From Octopus vulgaris (taxonomy: Eukaryota): a stretch of DNA of 64,000 nt. The notes under the pieces were generated by a model. It saw only the letters and a program-made list of their open reading frames with translations, did no database searches and had not been told where the DNA came from. How positions within the stretch are numbered: the stretch's first letter is position 1; every line of letters begins with the position of its first letter. Below, piece by piece: positions 11,056 through 24,239 of this stretch. Made by a program: the position numbers and the translations under genes. The DNA lies in contig OX597841.1 of assembly GCA_951406725.2 (NCBI GenBank), positions 22,878,001 to 22,942,000 on the forward strand, written 5' to 3'.

Positions 11056-11845
11056 TTCTCAACTTTTAATCAGCTCCTCGATAATCAATATAAAATACGT
11101 TAATCACTTGGACACTTCTAAAACAACGGAGTTTTTTTTTTAACCATGTAGATACAGTTATAGGGACAATCGGTGGTGAAAGCTTTCATCTATTTATAAC
11201 AGACATTTCTCAACTTTTAAACAGCTCCTCGATAATTAATATAAAATACATTAATCACTTGGACACTTCTAACACAACTGAGTTTTTTTTTTTTTTTGCC
11301 CCTTGTGAGTAGTAAAGAAATAGGTATTACATCGTATTCCTGGAAGCCGGATTAAGAAGTCTGATGTTGTATTTATCAGGGGTCGGGTACAATGGGACAA
11401 TCGGTGATGAAAACCTTCAGCTATTTATAACAGACATTTCTCAACTTTTAAACAGCTCCTCGATAATTAATATAAAATACATTAATCACTTGGACACTTC
11501 TAACACAACTGAGTTTTTTTTTAGCCCCTTGTGAGTAGTAAAGAAATAGGTATTACATCGTATTCCTGGAAGCCGGATTAAGAAGTCTGATGTTATATTT
11601 ATCAGGGGTCGGGTACAATGGGACAATCGGTGGGGAAAGCTTTCATCTATTTATAACAGATATTTCTCAACTTTTAAACAGCTCCTCGATAATTAATATA
11701 AAATACGTTAATCACTTGGACACTTCTAACACAACTGAGTTTTTTTTTTAGCCCCTTGTGAGTAGTAAAGAAATAGGTATTACATCGTATTCCTGGAAGC
11801 CGGATCAAGAAGTCTGATGTTGTATTTATCAGGGGTCGGGTACAA
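11041..11845. repeat. Four tandem ~150-230 bp repeats that include the ZNF-A start region
   Basis: ATTTATAACAGA(C/T)ATTTCTCAACTTTTAA recurs at ~11041, 11192, 11423 and 11649. Confidence 0.85.
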
Positions 11846-12500
11846 TTGAAGATGTTTCTGACTGCATTAAATTTTTACAAAAACAAAGCAGAGAGAGAGG
11901 GGCCATAAATAATAGGTAGCAGAAGTCCTGAGAAAACAGGAATTTTTGTAATGGGACGATAGCGCAGGAGTAAGGCAAGTGAAAGACACAGAGGTACTGG
12001 ACGGATGTCAGGGGGGTGAATGCGTAGGATATAAATATCGATATGTCTGGGTGTGGGTAATGTGGCTTGAATAGTTCGCAATTGTTTACCACGGATGGAG
12101 AAAAGTTCAGAATGTATTCTGTTAATTGCAATCCACATAAGGTGAAGGCAGTGCGTGATATAACAAAGTTTGTGATGAAGTAAAATATTTAATCATGAAG
12201 GTAATGGAACACCAACCCTGAAACATGTATGTAACCGTATGTTATCCACAAGCACCAACGTTCACCTTGACAAGAGATGATTACTAAATATTCCTTAATT
12301 AACTTGCCTGAACTAATTTTCTCGCACCAAGTAGACGGTGTCATTCACAATTTTTTCCCACCTTCAATGACATCGGTGTCATAAGTTAAAAGTGTCCATA
12401 AAAATTTAATACTGTCAGAAACATCTTCAATTGTACCCGACCCTTGATAAATACAACAACAGACTTCTTAATCCGGCTTCCAGAAATACGATGTAATACC
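11776..12500. mobile_element. Non-autonomous DNA transposon with ~105 bp TIRs
   Basis: GGTATTACATCGTATTCCTGGAAGCCGG...ATTAAATTTTT is mirrored at ~12400-12500. Confidence 0.75.
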
Positions 12501-13535
12501 TATTTCTTTATTGCCCTCAGTGGGCTAAACACAGAGGGGACAAACAAGGACAGACAAACGGATTAAGCCGATTATATCGACCTCAATGCGTAACTGGTAC
12601 TTATTTAATCGACCTCGAAAGGATGAAAGGTAAAGTCGACCGCGGCGGAATTTGAACTCGGAACGTAACGGCAGGCGAAATACGGCTTTTGACGATTCTC
12701 ACTTATTTCCAGTTAAAGCAAACCCATTGATAAGATCAGCTGTAATGAATATATAATACTTTATACTTCGATTAATGTGCCCACGCTGTTGATAAATATA
12801 TGCAAGTGAATATTTTTTCTACCTTATGGATCACACACACCCACAATTTCTTGCAAAAAATAAATTCAAAGCATATTTATCGACCCCGAAAAGATGAAAG
12901 GCAAAGTCGACCTCGGCGGAATTTGAACTCAGAACGTATCGGCAGACGAAATACCTATTTCTTTATTACCCACAAGGGGCTAAACACAGAGGGGGACAAA
13001 CAAGGACAGACAAAGGGATTAAGTCGATTACATCGACCCCTGTGCGAAACTGGAATTTGACCCCTGTGCGAAACTGGCAGACGAAATACCTATTTAATCG
13101 ACCCCGAAAGGATGAAAGGCAAAGTCGACCTCGGCGGAATTTGAACTCAGAACGTAACGGCAGACGAAATACCTATTTCTTTATTACCCACAAGGGGCTA
13201 AACATAGAGGGGACAAACAAGGACAGACGTAGGTATTAAGTCGATTACATCGACCCCAGTGCGAAACTGGTACTTTATTTAATCGACCCCCGAAAGGATG
13301 AAAGGCAAAGTCGACCTCGGCAGAATTTGAACTCAGAACGTAACGGCAGACGAAATACCTATTTCTTTATTACCCACAAGGGGCTAAACATAGAGGGGAC
13401 AAACAAGGACAGACGTAGGTATTAAGTCGATTACATCGACCCCAGTGCGAAACTGGTACTTTATTTAATCGACCCCCGAAAGGATGAAAGGCATGGTCGA
13501 CCTCGGCGGAATTTGAACTCGGAAAGGTAACGGCA
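12501..13535 (-). mobile_element. Tandem array of SINE family C units
   Basis: About five full or partial ~185 bp units containing CGACCCCGAAAGGATGAAAGGCAAAGTCGACCTCGG. Confidence 0.85.
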
Positions 13536-13580
13536 CATCCAAATATAGAAATATAGATATATGCACATCCAAAAATGAAA

Positions 13581-13729
13581 CTGACGTCAGTACGCATGCG
13601 TAGTTAGAGAAAGATCTTCACGTCCGCTTTCATATCCACCTTTGCTTAATTCGTTGTCTTATCTTCGATATTTCTCATCTCCCAGTCACAGTCCGACACT
13701 GTTGTACTTCATAAAACATTTCCGTAAGT
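13581..13729 (+). promoter_or_regulatory. Putative promoter and non-coding exon 1 of ZNF-B
   Basis: Adjacent palindromes CTGACGTCAG (CRE-like) and TACGCATGCGTA (NRF1-like); GTAAGT donor at 13724; homologous blocks precede each paralog. Confidence 0.6.
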
Positions 13730-13909
13730 ATTCAATAACGAAACTATTATATCTGTTAATACTGGGTGTTTTCGTCGGCATTAAATGGTCCCCTGATATC
13801 GACATTGTACCCTCGGCGAAGGTAAAACGAGTGGAGATCGCCACCCTTCTACCGCTTTCGTTTTTTTCCCTTTTTTTTCAATATTTCCTTCGGATTTCTT
13901 GGCCTTCTT

Positions 13910-14336
13910 GGCGATCTTTCGTCTCTAGTAGACCTTTCCGTCGATTTCCGTAAAAAAATTTTTTTTTTTTTTACATATGGGCTTGCGGGAACTTTTGAAG
14001 TAATATACATACATATATACACATACACCGAGTAAAAAATTTCAGTTATCTCTTTCTTTCACACATTACTCTGTCTCTTCACACACACTAACAGAAGCAC
14101 TTCACTTACACAACATACTGTCTGTCTCCCACACCGCATCAAACACACATACACACACATGTACATCAATGCTTCCCATGCACGGTAACTTCAAAAGAAC
14201 TTCCCTCGTCATACAATCGCTTTCTCTTAGTCTCTTTCGCTCTCATTACTTCAAAAGTTCCCGCAAGCCCATATGTTAAAAAAAAAAAATTTTTACGGAA
14301 ATCGACGGAAAGGTCTACTAGAGACGAAAGATTGCC
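13910..14336. mobile_element. MITE with ~95 bp TIRs
   Basis: GGCGATCTTTCGTCTCTAGTAGACC...GAAGTAAT is mirrored at ~14246-14336; CGGATTTCTT occurs near both flanks; a second copy lies at 28149-28575. Confidence 0.85.
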
Positions 14337-14497
14337 CGGATTTCTTTATACGGGAATACGATTTTGCCCAAATATAACGTTTTTCAAAATTTTATCCCCC
14401 CCACCACCACCACCACCACCAATTTCTTAATTTTAGACTTTGCTAGGTCGTCGTTGTAGGATCGACTACTTACGACTGTTCGCTTGTAGTACTTTCG

Positions 14498-14732
14498 GGT
14501 ACTACTAGCGAACAGTGGTCCCGGTGCGCACGCGCGCCAGTTCGTCATGACTAGTCGATCCTTGCTTTGTGTCTTTGTGTGTTATTTACTTTGTGTAAAA
14601 AAAAAAATATTTATTTTGTGTTTTATTTACTCTGCTAGGTCGTCGTTGTAGGATCGACTACTTACGACTAGCTAGCGCGGATGCGCGACTTGGCGTGCGC
14701 GCGCACCGGGACCACTGTTCGCTAGTTGTACC
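14498..14732. mobile_element. MITE with GGTACTACTAG termini
   Basis: GGTACTACTAGCGAACAGTGGTCCCGGTGCGC and GCGCACCGGGACCACTGTTCGCTAGTTGTACC are inverted. Confidence 0.75.
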
Positions 14733-15136
14733 AAAACAGAACAAGCACACACACACACACACACACAACCCATTTCTCTTCCCAACTGACAATTGATTTC
14801 TTTATTAGCCACAAGGGGCCCAAAATAGAGGGGACAAACAAGGGCAGACAGGACACCTCAGAGGGGACAATATATAGAACAAATATGAGATGAAGACAAG
14901 ATATTTGGGCCTAAAAGATTCAGTATTTTCTGTACCTTAAACAGTATTTTTCACACTGTCTTTTTTTTATCTTATTTCAGATTATCAAATAATATTTACG
15001 ATTAAAGAATTCTTTACAGTGGATACATCTTCATTATTTATCATCTTTTGAAGACAAAAAGAAAATGTTTTACTGAACTTCTATAATTGTTTACATAAAC
15101 TTGTGGATAATTTATTTTCATGAGGTGAGAAAAATT

Positions 15137-15898
15137 ATGGAAGTTGAATTATGTGAGAAGAATGAAGAATTTAAATCACAATGTAAAACTTCTGATTTTC
15201 CTGAAGATATAAAGAAAGAGGAAAAAGAAACATCTTATCACTGTGATACATGTGATAGATCCTTCTCTGAGAGATGCCACCTCAATAAACACAAATGTAT
15301 TCAAACGAGGGAGCGACCGTATCAGTGTAATAATTGTGGTAAATCATTTTCGCATAACCGTAATTTAATTGTTCACATACGTATTCATACTGGAGAGAGA
15401 CCGTATCATTGTGATATCTGTGACAGATCTTTCTCCACAGGAAGCAGCTTGACTAAACACACACGCATTCATACAGGAGAGAAACCATTCCACTGCGATC
15501 TCTGCGGGAAATCGTTCTCTGGCAGTAGTGACTTGACTCAACATAAGCGCTTTCATACAGGTGAAAAGCCATATCAGTGTGATATCTGTAATAAATCATT
15601 CTCGCAGAGTGGACACTTAACTGTCCACAGACGTATTCATACGGGAGAAAAACCATATCAGTGTGATATCTGTAGTAAGACCTTCTCTGAAAGCAGTCCC
15701 TTAATTCAACATACGCGTATTCATACGGGAGAGAAACCATATCACTGTGATATCTGTGGTAGATCATTCACACAAAGTACCCACCTAACTATACATAGAC
15801 GTAAGCACGCAGGCAAAAAACTCTATCCTTGTGATATCTGTGGTAAATCATTCTCTCGAACTGGTCTATTGGCTCTTCATAAATTAGATTGTAATTAA
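15137..15898 (+). CDS. C2H2 zinc-finger protein, ~8 fingers (ZNF-B, paralog 1)
   Basis: First ATG of the ORF at 15137 (MEVELCEK); acceptor TCTTATTTCAG ends at 14980; first and last fingers are atypical. Confidence 0.9.
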   Translation: MEVELCEKNEEFKSQCKTSDFPEDIKKEEKETSYHCDTCDRSFSERCHLNKHKCIQTRERPYQCNNCGKSFSHNRNLIVHIRIHTGERPYHCDICDRSFSTGSSLTKHTRIHTGEKPFHCDLCGKSFSGSSDLTQHKRFHTGEKPYQCDICNKSFSQSGHLTVHRRIHTGEKPYQCDICSKTFSESSPLIQHTRIHTGEKPYHCDICGRSFTQSTHLTIHRRKHAGKKLYPCDICGKSFSRTGLLALHKLDCN

Positions 15899-15982
15899 AC
15901 AAAATTGTTTCAAGTGTGAGCATGACAGAAACTGTAATGAAATTTCAAGATGTAGTCTCTTGTGATTATCAAGAGTAAAGTT

Positions 15983-16280
15983 GAGGTACATGGCCTAGTG
16001 GTTAGAGCAGCGGACTCGCGGTCGAGGGATCGCGGGTTCGAATCTCAGACCGGGCGATGTGTGTGTTTATGAGCGAAACATCTAAGCTCCACGCGGCTCT
16101 GGCAGAAGGTAATGGCGAAACTTCTGCTGACTCTTTCGCCGCAACTTTCTCTCACACTTTCCTCCTGCATCTTGCAGCTCACCTGCGACGGACCGGCGTC
16201 CCGTCCAGGTGGGTAACCTATACGCCAAGAAACCAAGAAACCGGCCCTTATGAGCCAGGAATGGCTCGAGACGGAACAAA
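15983..16280 (+). mobile_element. SINE, family B-related
   Basis: tRNA-like head TGGCCTAGTGGTTAGAGCAG...GGTTCGAATCTC. Confidence 0.75.
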
Positions 16281-18569
16281 TAAATAATAAAATATAACCA
16301 AGAGTAAAGGCAGTGCTCCAGCATGGCCGCAGTCAAATGACTGAAACAAGTAAAAGAGTAGGAGGATTATTTCTCTAATCAATATTCACCAACACAGTCC
16401 CAATTACACCATGTAACACGATTTTGTGTAGGTGGGTAGTAACAGTTATTTCTTATTTGCTTACCCCTAGAAAGTATGAAAAATGGCTAACATTTCCTTC
16501 ACACTTTGCTTTTGTTATAATATTTATTCAATCCCCAGAGAATCCCTCTCAAAGAATCATGGCTATGATGCTCCTCCACTGCTCCTGTTCATCATCAGAG
16601 ATGTACATGATATCGGCCACCAAGAGACATTCTCAGGTGGTTATGGTCAGGCAATTGACAACTAAATTTATTGTATTGAGCAGAATATTTGTAATGGAAA
16701 ATAAGTCAGCTTCGAACAACTGATGTCCAGGTCACAAAAAGTATGAAGGGGACAGTAGGGATTTCTTCGTATTTCGTACATAGAAGCAAATATGAGATAA
16801 CACTTACTCACCAAAGACAAGACAAAACATAATTTTTATTGTACAGCACTATTTATGTAACTTGTATTAAAATCTTATGTTCATGTTCAATGTGTACTGT
16901 ATCTTAATTGTCATTGTATAAAAGTCGGCATTTATATCATTTAATCTTCTCTTGTCTTTGAATCATTTATCTCTGAAAAATTTTTAGTCAAATAAATTGA
17001 CCCCATTACTTTTCTGTTTTTTCTTACAAAAATATGGTAGACTTTTTATCCATTATATCCATTTTCTGAGAGTTGTGAGACTACAAAGTCGATTAGCAGT
17101 GGGGAGCAGACTTATGTAGGTCTGCCTCTGTGCGTGTATGAATATACATACATGTGTGTGTGTGTGTGTGTAGTGGATCTTGCAAGCATGAAGTGGATTC
17201 GATCCACCACAGCTAAATTTAAATTAACACTGCAACCCCGGTGGAACAATGGTTTTTCTCTGACAGCAGTTTTACATTTTCCAGATGCCTTTAGCTAGGC
17301 CGAAATAATGTTTTCACCACTTGACCCATTCTAATCTCTTCTACTCCACCAAAAGCTAGAATAGAGATAACAAGACCACCAACTAAATCTATTGTTCTCA
17401 ATGATATATCTATCCTTCTGGATGATTATAAAAGCAAGCACACCCCAAGCAAAAATCAGTTAGTCACAGTCGGCGACAACTCAACGAAGTCTGGCTAACC
17501 AGCTAGAACATTGGGAGAAATGGAGTTTACTGTCAGCAACTGTGAGACAACATCCCACACATTACAACTCTCACTATCTCTAATTCTGTTCTCTTACAAT
17601 ATCATTCTATCTCTCTCGGTATTTACTACTAAACACTGAAGAGGACACAAACACAAACTTTACTTCGCATGCTTTTGGATTTAACATAACCTGCCCATCG
17701 AGGCAAGGTATTGTAACATAATGGTAAATAAATATTTCCTTAAAACTTCATGCATTGTTCATCTTTCACATCCTACAGTATGCAATTATAACAACAAATT
17801 TTTATCATTACAACTGCTGACTCTGACATTTCATTATATTGTTTACAAATCAATTTCTCCCGTTAAAAATATATATATATATATTCGGAGACCCCCTTCG
17901 GTCACGACACTGACCATGGGATTGCACCTAGAAAGTTACCCTCCTAGACACAAGTCCGGGCGAGGTTGTTTATGGAAGACCAGCAGTCGCCCATGCATAC
18001 CAGCCTCCCCTCTCCACGCCACCAGTGTAATTCCAAGGGAAAGACAAAGGTCGATACAGCTTGGCACCAGTGACGTCGCAACTCATTTCTACAGCTGAGT
18101 GAACTGGAGCAACGTGAAATAAAGATATATATATATATATATCAGTGGCGTGCTAATCATGCACTGCCTGTCCGTTGATTTTTAAAAAAATCAATTTAAT
18201 AACCAAATGTATTCATAGCCACATTGAAAAGTCATCCAAATCACTGCAAACTGAGCTAAAATAGTTACTTTGTTACAAAAGAAACCCATCTGGGTTCGAT
18301 ACTTCGCTGTGTCGCCCTGTTCCGCTTTCACCAGGCGTGCTTAAAGAAGAACGCATATGAATTCTCTCCCCTTCTCCGCAACCTATCTTGCAATTGCTAT
18401 CATTTCAATGCCTGAAAGATTATTTTTGTTTTTTTATTTCAGTAAAATAACTACAAAAGGCCTGCTTTGGCTCTCCCCCCCTCCCTTTATGTCAGATCTT
18501 TACTCTTTTACTCGTTTCAGTCATTTGACTGCGGCCATGCTGGAGCACCGCCTTTAATCGAGCAACTCT

Positions 18570-19104
18570 TTACGTTCTGAGTTCAAATTCCGCCGAGGTC
18601 GACTTTGCCTTTCATCCTTTCGGGGTCGATTAAATAAATACCAGTTACGCACTGGAGTCGATGTAATCGACTTAATACCTACGTCTGTCCTTCTTTGTCC
18701 CCTTTATGTTTAGCCCCTTGTGGGCAGTAAAGAAATAGGTATTTCGTCTGCTGCTACGTTCTGAGTTCAAATTCCGCCGAGGTCGACTTTGCCTTTCATC
18801 CTTTTAGGGTCAATAAATTAAATACCAGTTACGCACTGGGGTCGACGTAATCGACTTAATACCTATGTCTGTCCTTGTTTGTCCCCTCTGTGTTTAGCCC
18901 CTTGTGGGTAGTAAAGAAATAGGTATTTCGTCTCTCTTTACGTTCTGAGTTCAAATTCCGCCGAGGTCGACTTTACCTTTCATCCTTTCGGGGTCGATAA
19001 ATTAAGTACCAGTTACGCACCGGGGTCGATGTAATCGACTTAATACCTATGTCTGTCCTTGTTTGTCCTCTCTGTGTTTAGCCCCTTGTGGGTAATAAAG
19101 AAAT
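18570..19104 (+). mobile_element. Tandem array of three SINE family C units
   Basis: TACGTTCTGAGTTCAAATTCCGCCGAGG...AAAGAAATA occurs three times. Confidence 0.85.
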
Positions 19105-19154
19105 AGGATAGATAGATACTGCTCCTTTATAAATACGAAACAGATATCACCTCT

Positions 19155-19279
19155 ACGCATGCGTCGTCAGTGAAGAATTTCTGCTTCTGTTTCGCAACAG
19201 GGTTTTTTTTTTTATATCTCATGTTTTCTCTCATTGCAGTCGTATCACTATTTATTCTTTACAAAGCATTTCCGTAAGT
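19155..19279 (+). promoter_or_regulatory. Putative promoter and exon 1 of ZNF-C
   Basis: ACGCATGCGT at 19155; GTAAGT donor at 19274. Confidence 0.6.
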
Positions 19280-19599
19280 ATTCGATAATGAAACTATTAT
19301 ATCTGTTAGTATTGTATGTTTTCTTCAGCACTGACTCTACTCCCTAACATGCCCCCCACTTTGAAAAAACGCAATTGAATGGTGCTCGTCAGAGATCGAT
19401 ATTAATTCTGTTCTCCACCACATTTACTGAAATCAGTGATAAGTCAGTTTTAAGGAATAACAACACAAATCAACAACCTTGGGCACAACTTAAATGCTTT
19501 ATTATTAAGGTGGCAAGCTGGCAGAACCGTCAGCACGTCGGGCAAAAATGCTCATCTGTTTTTATATCTTGGTTGAAATTCTGCTGGGATGATCTTAAC

Positions 19600-20097
19600 C
19601 TATTTCTTTACTACCCACAAGGGGCTAAACACAGAGAGGACAAACAAGGACAGACATAGGTATTAAGTCGATTGCATCGACCCCAGTGCGTAACTGGTAT
19701 TTAATTTATCGACCCCGAAAGGATGAAAGGAAAGTCGACCTCGGCGGAATTTGAACTCAGAACGTAACGGCAGACGAAATACCTATTTGTTTACTACCCA
19801 CAAGGGGCTAAACATAGAGGGGACAAACAAAGACAGACATAGGTATTAAGTCGATTGCATCGACCCCAGTGCGTAACGCCAGACAAGGGGCTAAACACAG
19901 AGGGGACAAACAAGGACAGACATAGGTATTAAGTCGATTACATCGACCCAGTGCGTAACTGGTACTTAATTTATCGACCTCGAAAGGATGAAAGGGAAAG
20001 TCGACCTCGGCGGAATTTGAACTCACAACGTAACGGCAGACGACATACCGCTAAGCATTTCGCCCGGCGTGCTAACGCTTCTGCCAGCTCGCCGCCT
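19600..20097 (-). mobile_element. SINE family C array with an intact head
   Basis: Head GGCGGCGAGCTGGCAGAAGCGTTAGCACG on the minus strand at ~20097, followed by repeated units. Confidence 0.8.
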
Positions 20098-21981
20098 TGA
20101 TCTTAGCCTGTCATCCTTTTGGGGTTGATAAAATGAACACTGGTCAAGTACTGGGGGTTCGATGATAATCGACTAACCTCCTCCCCATTTTACACCCAGA
20201 CGTGTGTGTATCCGTATGAGCGTATGTATGAGTTAGTGTGTTTCTAAGTGTCTCGGCATCACTTAAGTACCAGTTACGCACTGGGGGGGGGGGTCGATGT
20301 AATCGACTTAATCCGTTTGTCTGTCCTTGTTCGTCCCCTCTATGCTTAGCCCCTTGTGGATAATAAAGAAACAGATAATCGACTAACCTCCTCCCCACAA
20401 ACTTTAGGCTTTGGTAGACCTAAATTTCACATACACACGTATGTATGTATGTCTGAGTTAAGTCTGGTACTGTCATACAAGTGGAGTCCCTTGTTTCAAG
20501 TCTTCCGTGAAAACATGTCCAGCCATGGAGAGATATTTACTTCCTTGTAAACAAACAAGGGTTTGCTATAATATGGTAATACTGCTGTCTTCTATAGAAC
20601 CCTTTAGCATTGAGATTATTACTCTGGCTGGCGTAAGCGAAAGCAAGGTATAGTAATCACACGTCTTTGTGTGTTTGCAAAATTACTGAAAAGCGATCGA
20701 ACAGATTTTTACCAAATTTGGTAGATCTAAGCATTGGGTGAGTGGCTTCAAACATACGTAAATACATACATAGATATGCGACTATTTGTGATGTATTCGA
20801 GGGTCTTGTTTCGTTTATTTACGAATTAACTTTACGGATTTCAACAGACAATTATTACTATGATGGATAATATAAGGATATAACTACTTATACACACATA
20901 CAATAAATACAGACGCACACACATTAGTCAAACATATAGCCACATATACACACACACATACGTGTGTGTATGATTGGTGTATGTGATCGCGGTGGTGGTC
21001 ATTTGTGCAGATTTGGTGTGATTTCTTTTTTAAAAACAATAATGAATAATGCAAGAATATATTTATTTATAAATATATTTATTTATAAACAGCGTAAATT
21101 AACGAAGGTATAAACCTGACAGTGCCTAACTTCTTAATTCCACCAGTGTCAATACTTATAATAGTAATTAATACTTAAAACTAAAATAATTTGGTTAATG
21201 TTTACAAGTACACAGGGGAGTAAAAATCGGCCTTTTGGTTAATGCTGACATCACCAGGTGACAAAATCGAAAATATATATATATATATAGTGGAACGTGT
21301 GTGAAAAAAAGGTGTAGGAAACGAACATCAAGGGAAAAATGCCCGGAAAGTAACGATGGGATGTCTTTGGAGAATTGACGAGATCCGATGTATTCATTCA
21401 TAACTTTCAGGAAAATGAATTTTTTTTAATGAAATTTTATATAAATACCTTACACATGGTATAGATTACGATTATAAAGAAATTTATGGGGGAACTTCTT
21501 TTCCGAGGGGGTGTGAAGAGGAATTCGGAAAATTCACAAAATCCGATTTTTTCCCTCATAACTTTGCGGAAAAATTGGCTTTCTTTTTCATTTTATCAAA
21601 TTTAAATCTTATTTATTCATAGTAGTTTTGAATTAATCCTGAATTATCTCATAGCTAGAATGTTTTGATGATGTGATTGTTTATTTTTTTGGATAACATT
21701 GTAGGGTAGGTGTGAGAGGCTGGATCTGGCTGGTTTGAATATAAACAAGTTGAAAATATTTGCACCACTTTAAATGCTATGTTAAATATTTTCTATATCT
21801 TATACAGTATATCTCACACTATATTTTTCCATCGTATTTCAGAATATCATATAATGATAATTATGATTGAAGAATTATTTATCATCTTTTGAAGACAAAA
21901 AGAAAGAAAATGTTTTACTAAAGTTATATAATCATTTACAAAAATTTGAGGATATTATATTTTGATGAGAGGAGAAAAATT

Positions 21982-22833
21982 ATGGAAATTAAATTGTGTG
22001 AGAAGAAAGATGGATTTAAAGCAAAATCTACAGCCATTGATTATCCAGATGATATAAAGAAAAAGGAAGAAAAAGCACGTTATCACTGTCATATATGTGA
22101 TAAATCATTCTCTGTGAAATGCCACCTCAATAAACACAAACTTACTCATACAGGAGAGAGACCACATCGTTGCGATATCTGTGGTAAATCGTTTTCTAAA
22201 AGGCGTAATTTAATTGTTCACATTCGCGTTCATACTGGAGAGAAACCGTATCACTGTGATATCTGTGATGAATCATTCTCTGCGGAACGGCGCTTCAATA
22301 CACACAAATGTTTTCATCCCGGATGGAGACCACATCAGTGCGATATCTGTGGTAAATCCTTTTCTCTTAATTGTAATTTAATTATTCACATACGCATTCA
22401 TACTGGAGAGAAACCATATCACTGTGATGTCTGTGGCAAATCTTTCTCTGTAGGAAGCAGCTTGACTAAACACAAACGTATTCATACAGGAGAGAAACCA
22501 TTCCACTGTGATGTCTGCGGTAAATCATTCTCTGGCAGTAGTGACTTAACTCAACATAAACGCTTTCATACAGGGGATAAACCATATCAATGTGATATCT
22601 GTAGTAAATCATTCTCGCAAAGTGCACACTTAACTGTACACAGACGTATTCACACTGGAGAAAAACCATATCAGTGTGATATCTGTGGTAAATCATTCTC
22701 TGAAAGTAGTCCCTTAACTCAGCATAAACGTGTTCATACAGGAGAGAAACCATATCACTGTGATACCTGTGACAAGTCCTTCTCTGAATTACGTAGCTTA
22801 ACTAAACATAGACATATTCACACAGGGGACTGA
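21982..22833 (+). CDS. C2H2 zinc-finger protein, 9 fingers (ZNF-C, paralog 2)
   Basis: ATG at 21982 (MEIKLCEKK); acceptor TATTTCAG at ~21842; TGEKP-linked fingers. Confidence 0.9.
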   Translation: MEIKLCEKKDGFKAKSTAIDYPDDIKKKEEKARYHCHICDKSFSVKCHLNKHKLTHTGERPHRCDICGKSFSKRRNLIVHIRVHTGEKPYHCDICDESFSAERRFNTHKCFHPGWRPHQCDICGKSFSLNCNLIIHIRIHTGEKPYHCDVCGKSFSVGSSLTKHKRIHTGEKPFHCDVCGKSFSGSSDLTQHKRFHTGDKPYQCDICSKSFSQSAHLTVHRRIHTGEKPYQCDICGKSFSESSPLTQHKRVHTGEKPYHCDTCDKSFSELRSLTKHRHIHTGD

Positions 22834-24239
22834 CCATATTTGTGTGATATCTGTGGTAAATCTTTCTCTGAAAGTTGTTTTCATAAACGTGCTCATACAT
22901 GAGAGAAACCCTCTCACTTTATTGTCTGTAATAAACTAGTCATAGTGACAGCAAATATGGTGGGTGTGGAATGAAGAAGAGAAAATTCGTATTTTCTTTT
23001 CTCATAGAGCGACAGTGTATGAAATGTGTCTCAGACATGTTCTCAGACACTGCACTACTGTTTTCCTCTGCAAAATTGAAATAACAGCAGACCATCTGAA
23101 AAGGGAGCCCTTTGAAGTCCAGTCCTTGCTGAGCCTTTTCTATGGCAACTCTGTCTTGGTTGTGACCACATGGAAAGGTTTTTTTCTGTGGTGTGTGTGA
23201 CTATTGCTCCTCCCTTTCCATCTAGTGTTCAAAACCGTGCCACATTCTTTCTCTTGCATTTTCTGTTTCATTTGTTTCCTTGTAATTAAAATACGATAAA
23301 TAAAAGTGTTTCAAGTGTGAGCATGACAGAAACTCTAATATAATTTCAAGATGTCGTCTGTTCTGATTGTTAACAGTAAGAGGATTGTTTCTCTAATCAA
23401 TATTCACCAACACTGAACCGGTTACACCTTGTAACACGATTTTATGTTGGTGGGTAGTAATAGTTATTTCTTATTTGCTTACCCCTAGAAATTATGAAAA
23501 ATAGCTAACATTTCTTTCACACTTTGCTTTTGTTATAATATTTATTCAATCCCCAGAGAATCCCTCTCAAAGAATCATGGCTATGATGCTCCTCCACTGC
23601 TCCTGTTCATCATCAGAGATGTACATGATGTCGGCCAGCAAGAGACATTTTCAGGTGGTTATGGTCAGGCAATTGACAACTAAATTTATTGTATTGAGCA
23701 GAATATTTGTAATGGAAAATAAGTCAGCTTCGAACAACTGATGTCCAGGTCACAAAAAGTATGAAGGGGACAGTAGGGATTTCCTTTTATTTCTAAATAG
23801 AAGCAAATAGGAAATAACACTTACTCACCAAAGACAAGACAAAACATAATTTTTATTGTACAGCACTATTTATGTAACTTGTATTAAAATCTTATGTTCA
23901 TGTTCAATGTGTACTGTATCTTGTCATGGTATAAAAGTTGGCATTTATATCATTTAATCTATCTTTTTCTTGTCTTTCAATCTTCTGACTGTGGCCATGC
24001 TAGGGCACTGCCTTGAAAAATTTTTAGTCAAATGAATTGACCTCAGTACTTTTCTGTTTTTTCTTATAAAAATATGGTGGACTTGTACACATACATACTG
24101 ATATGCATCACAATTTGTTTTCTAAGTATCAACGTCGATTTTGTAGATATATGTGATGTGTGTCACTATGTACAGTGTGGCCCAAGGAACTGTATTCACA
24201 CTTTACATGACAATTCAAATGATTCGAATTTACGCGAAG

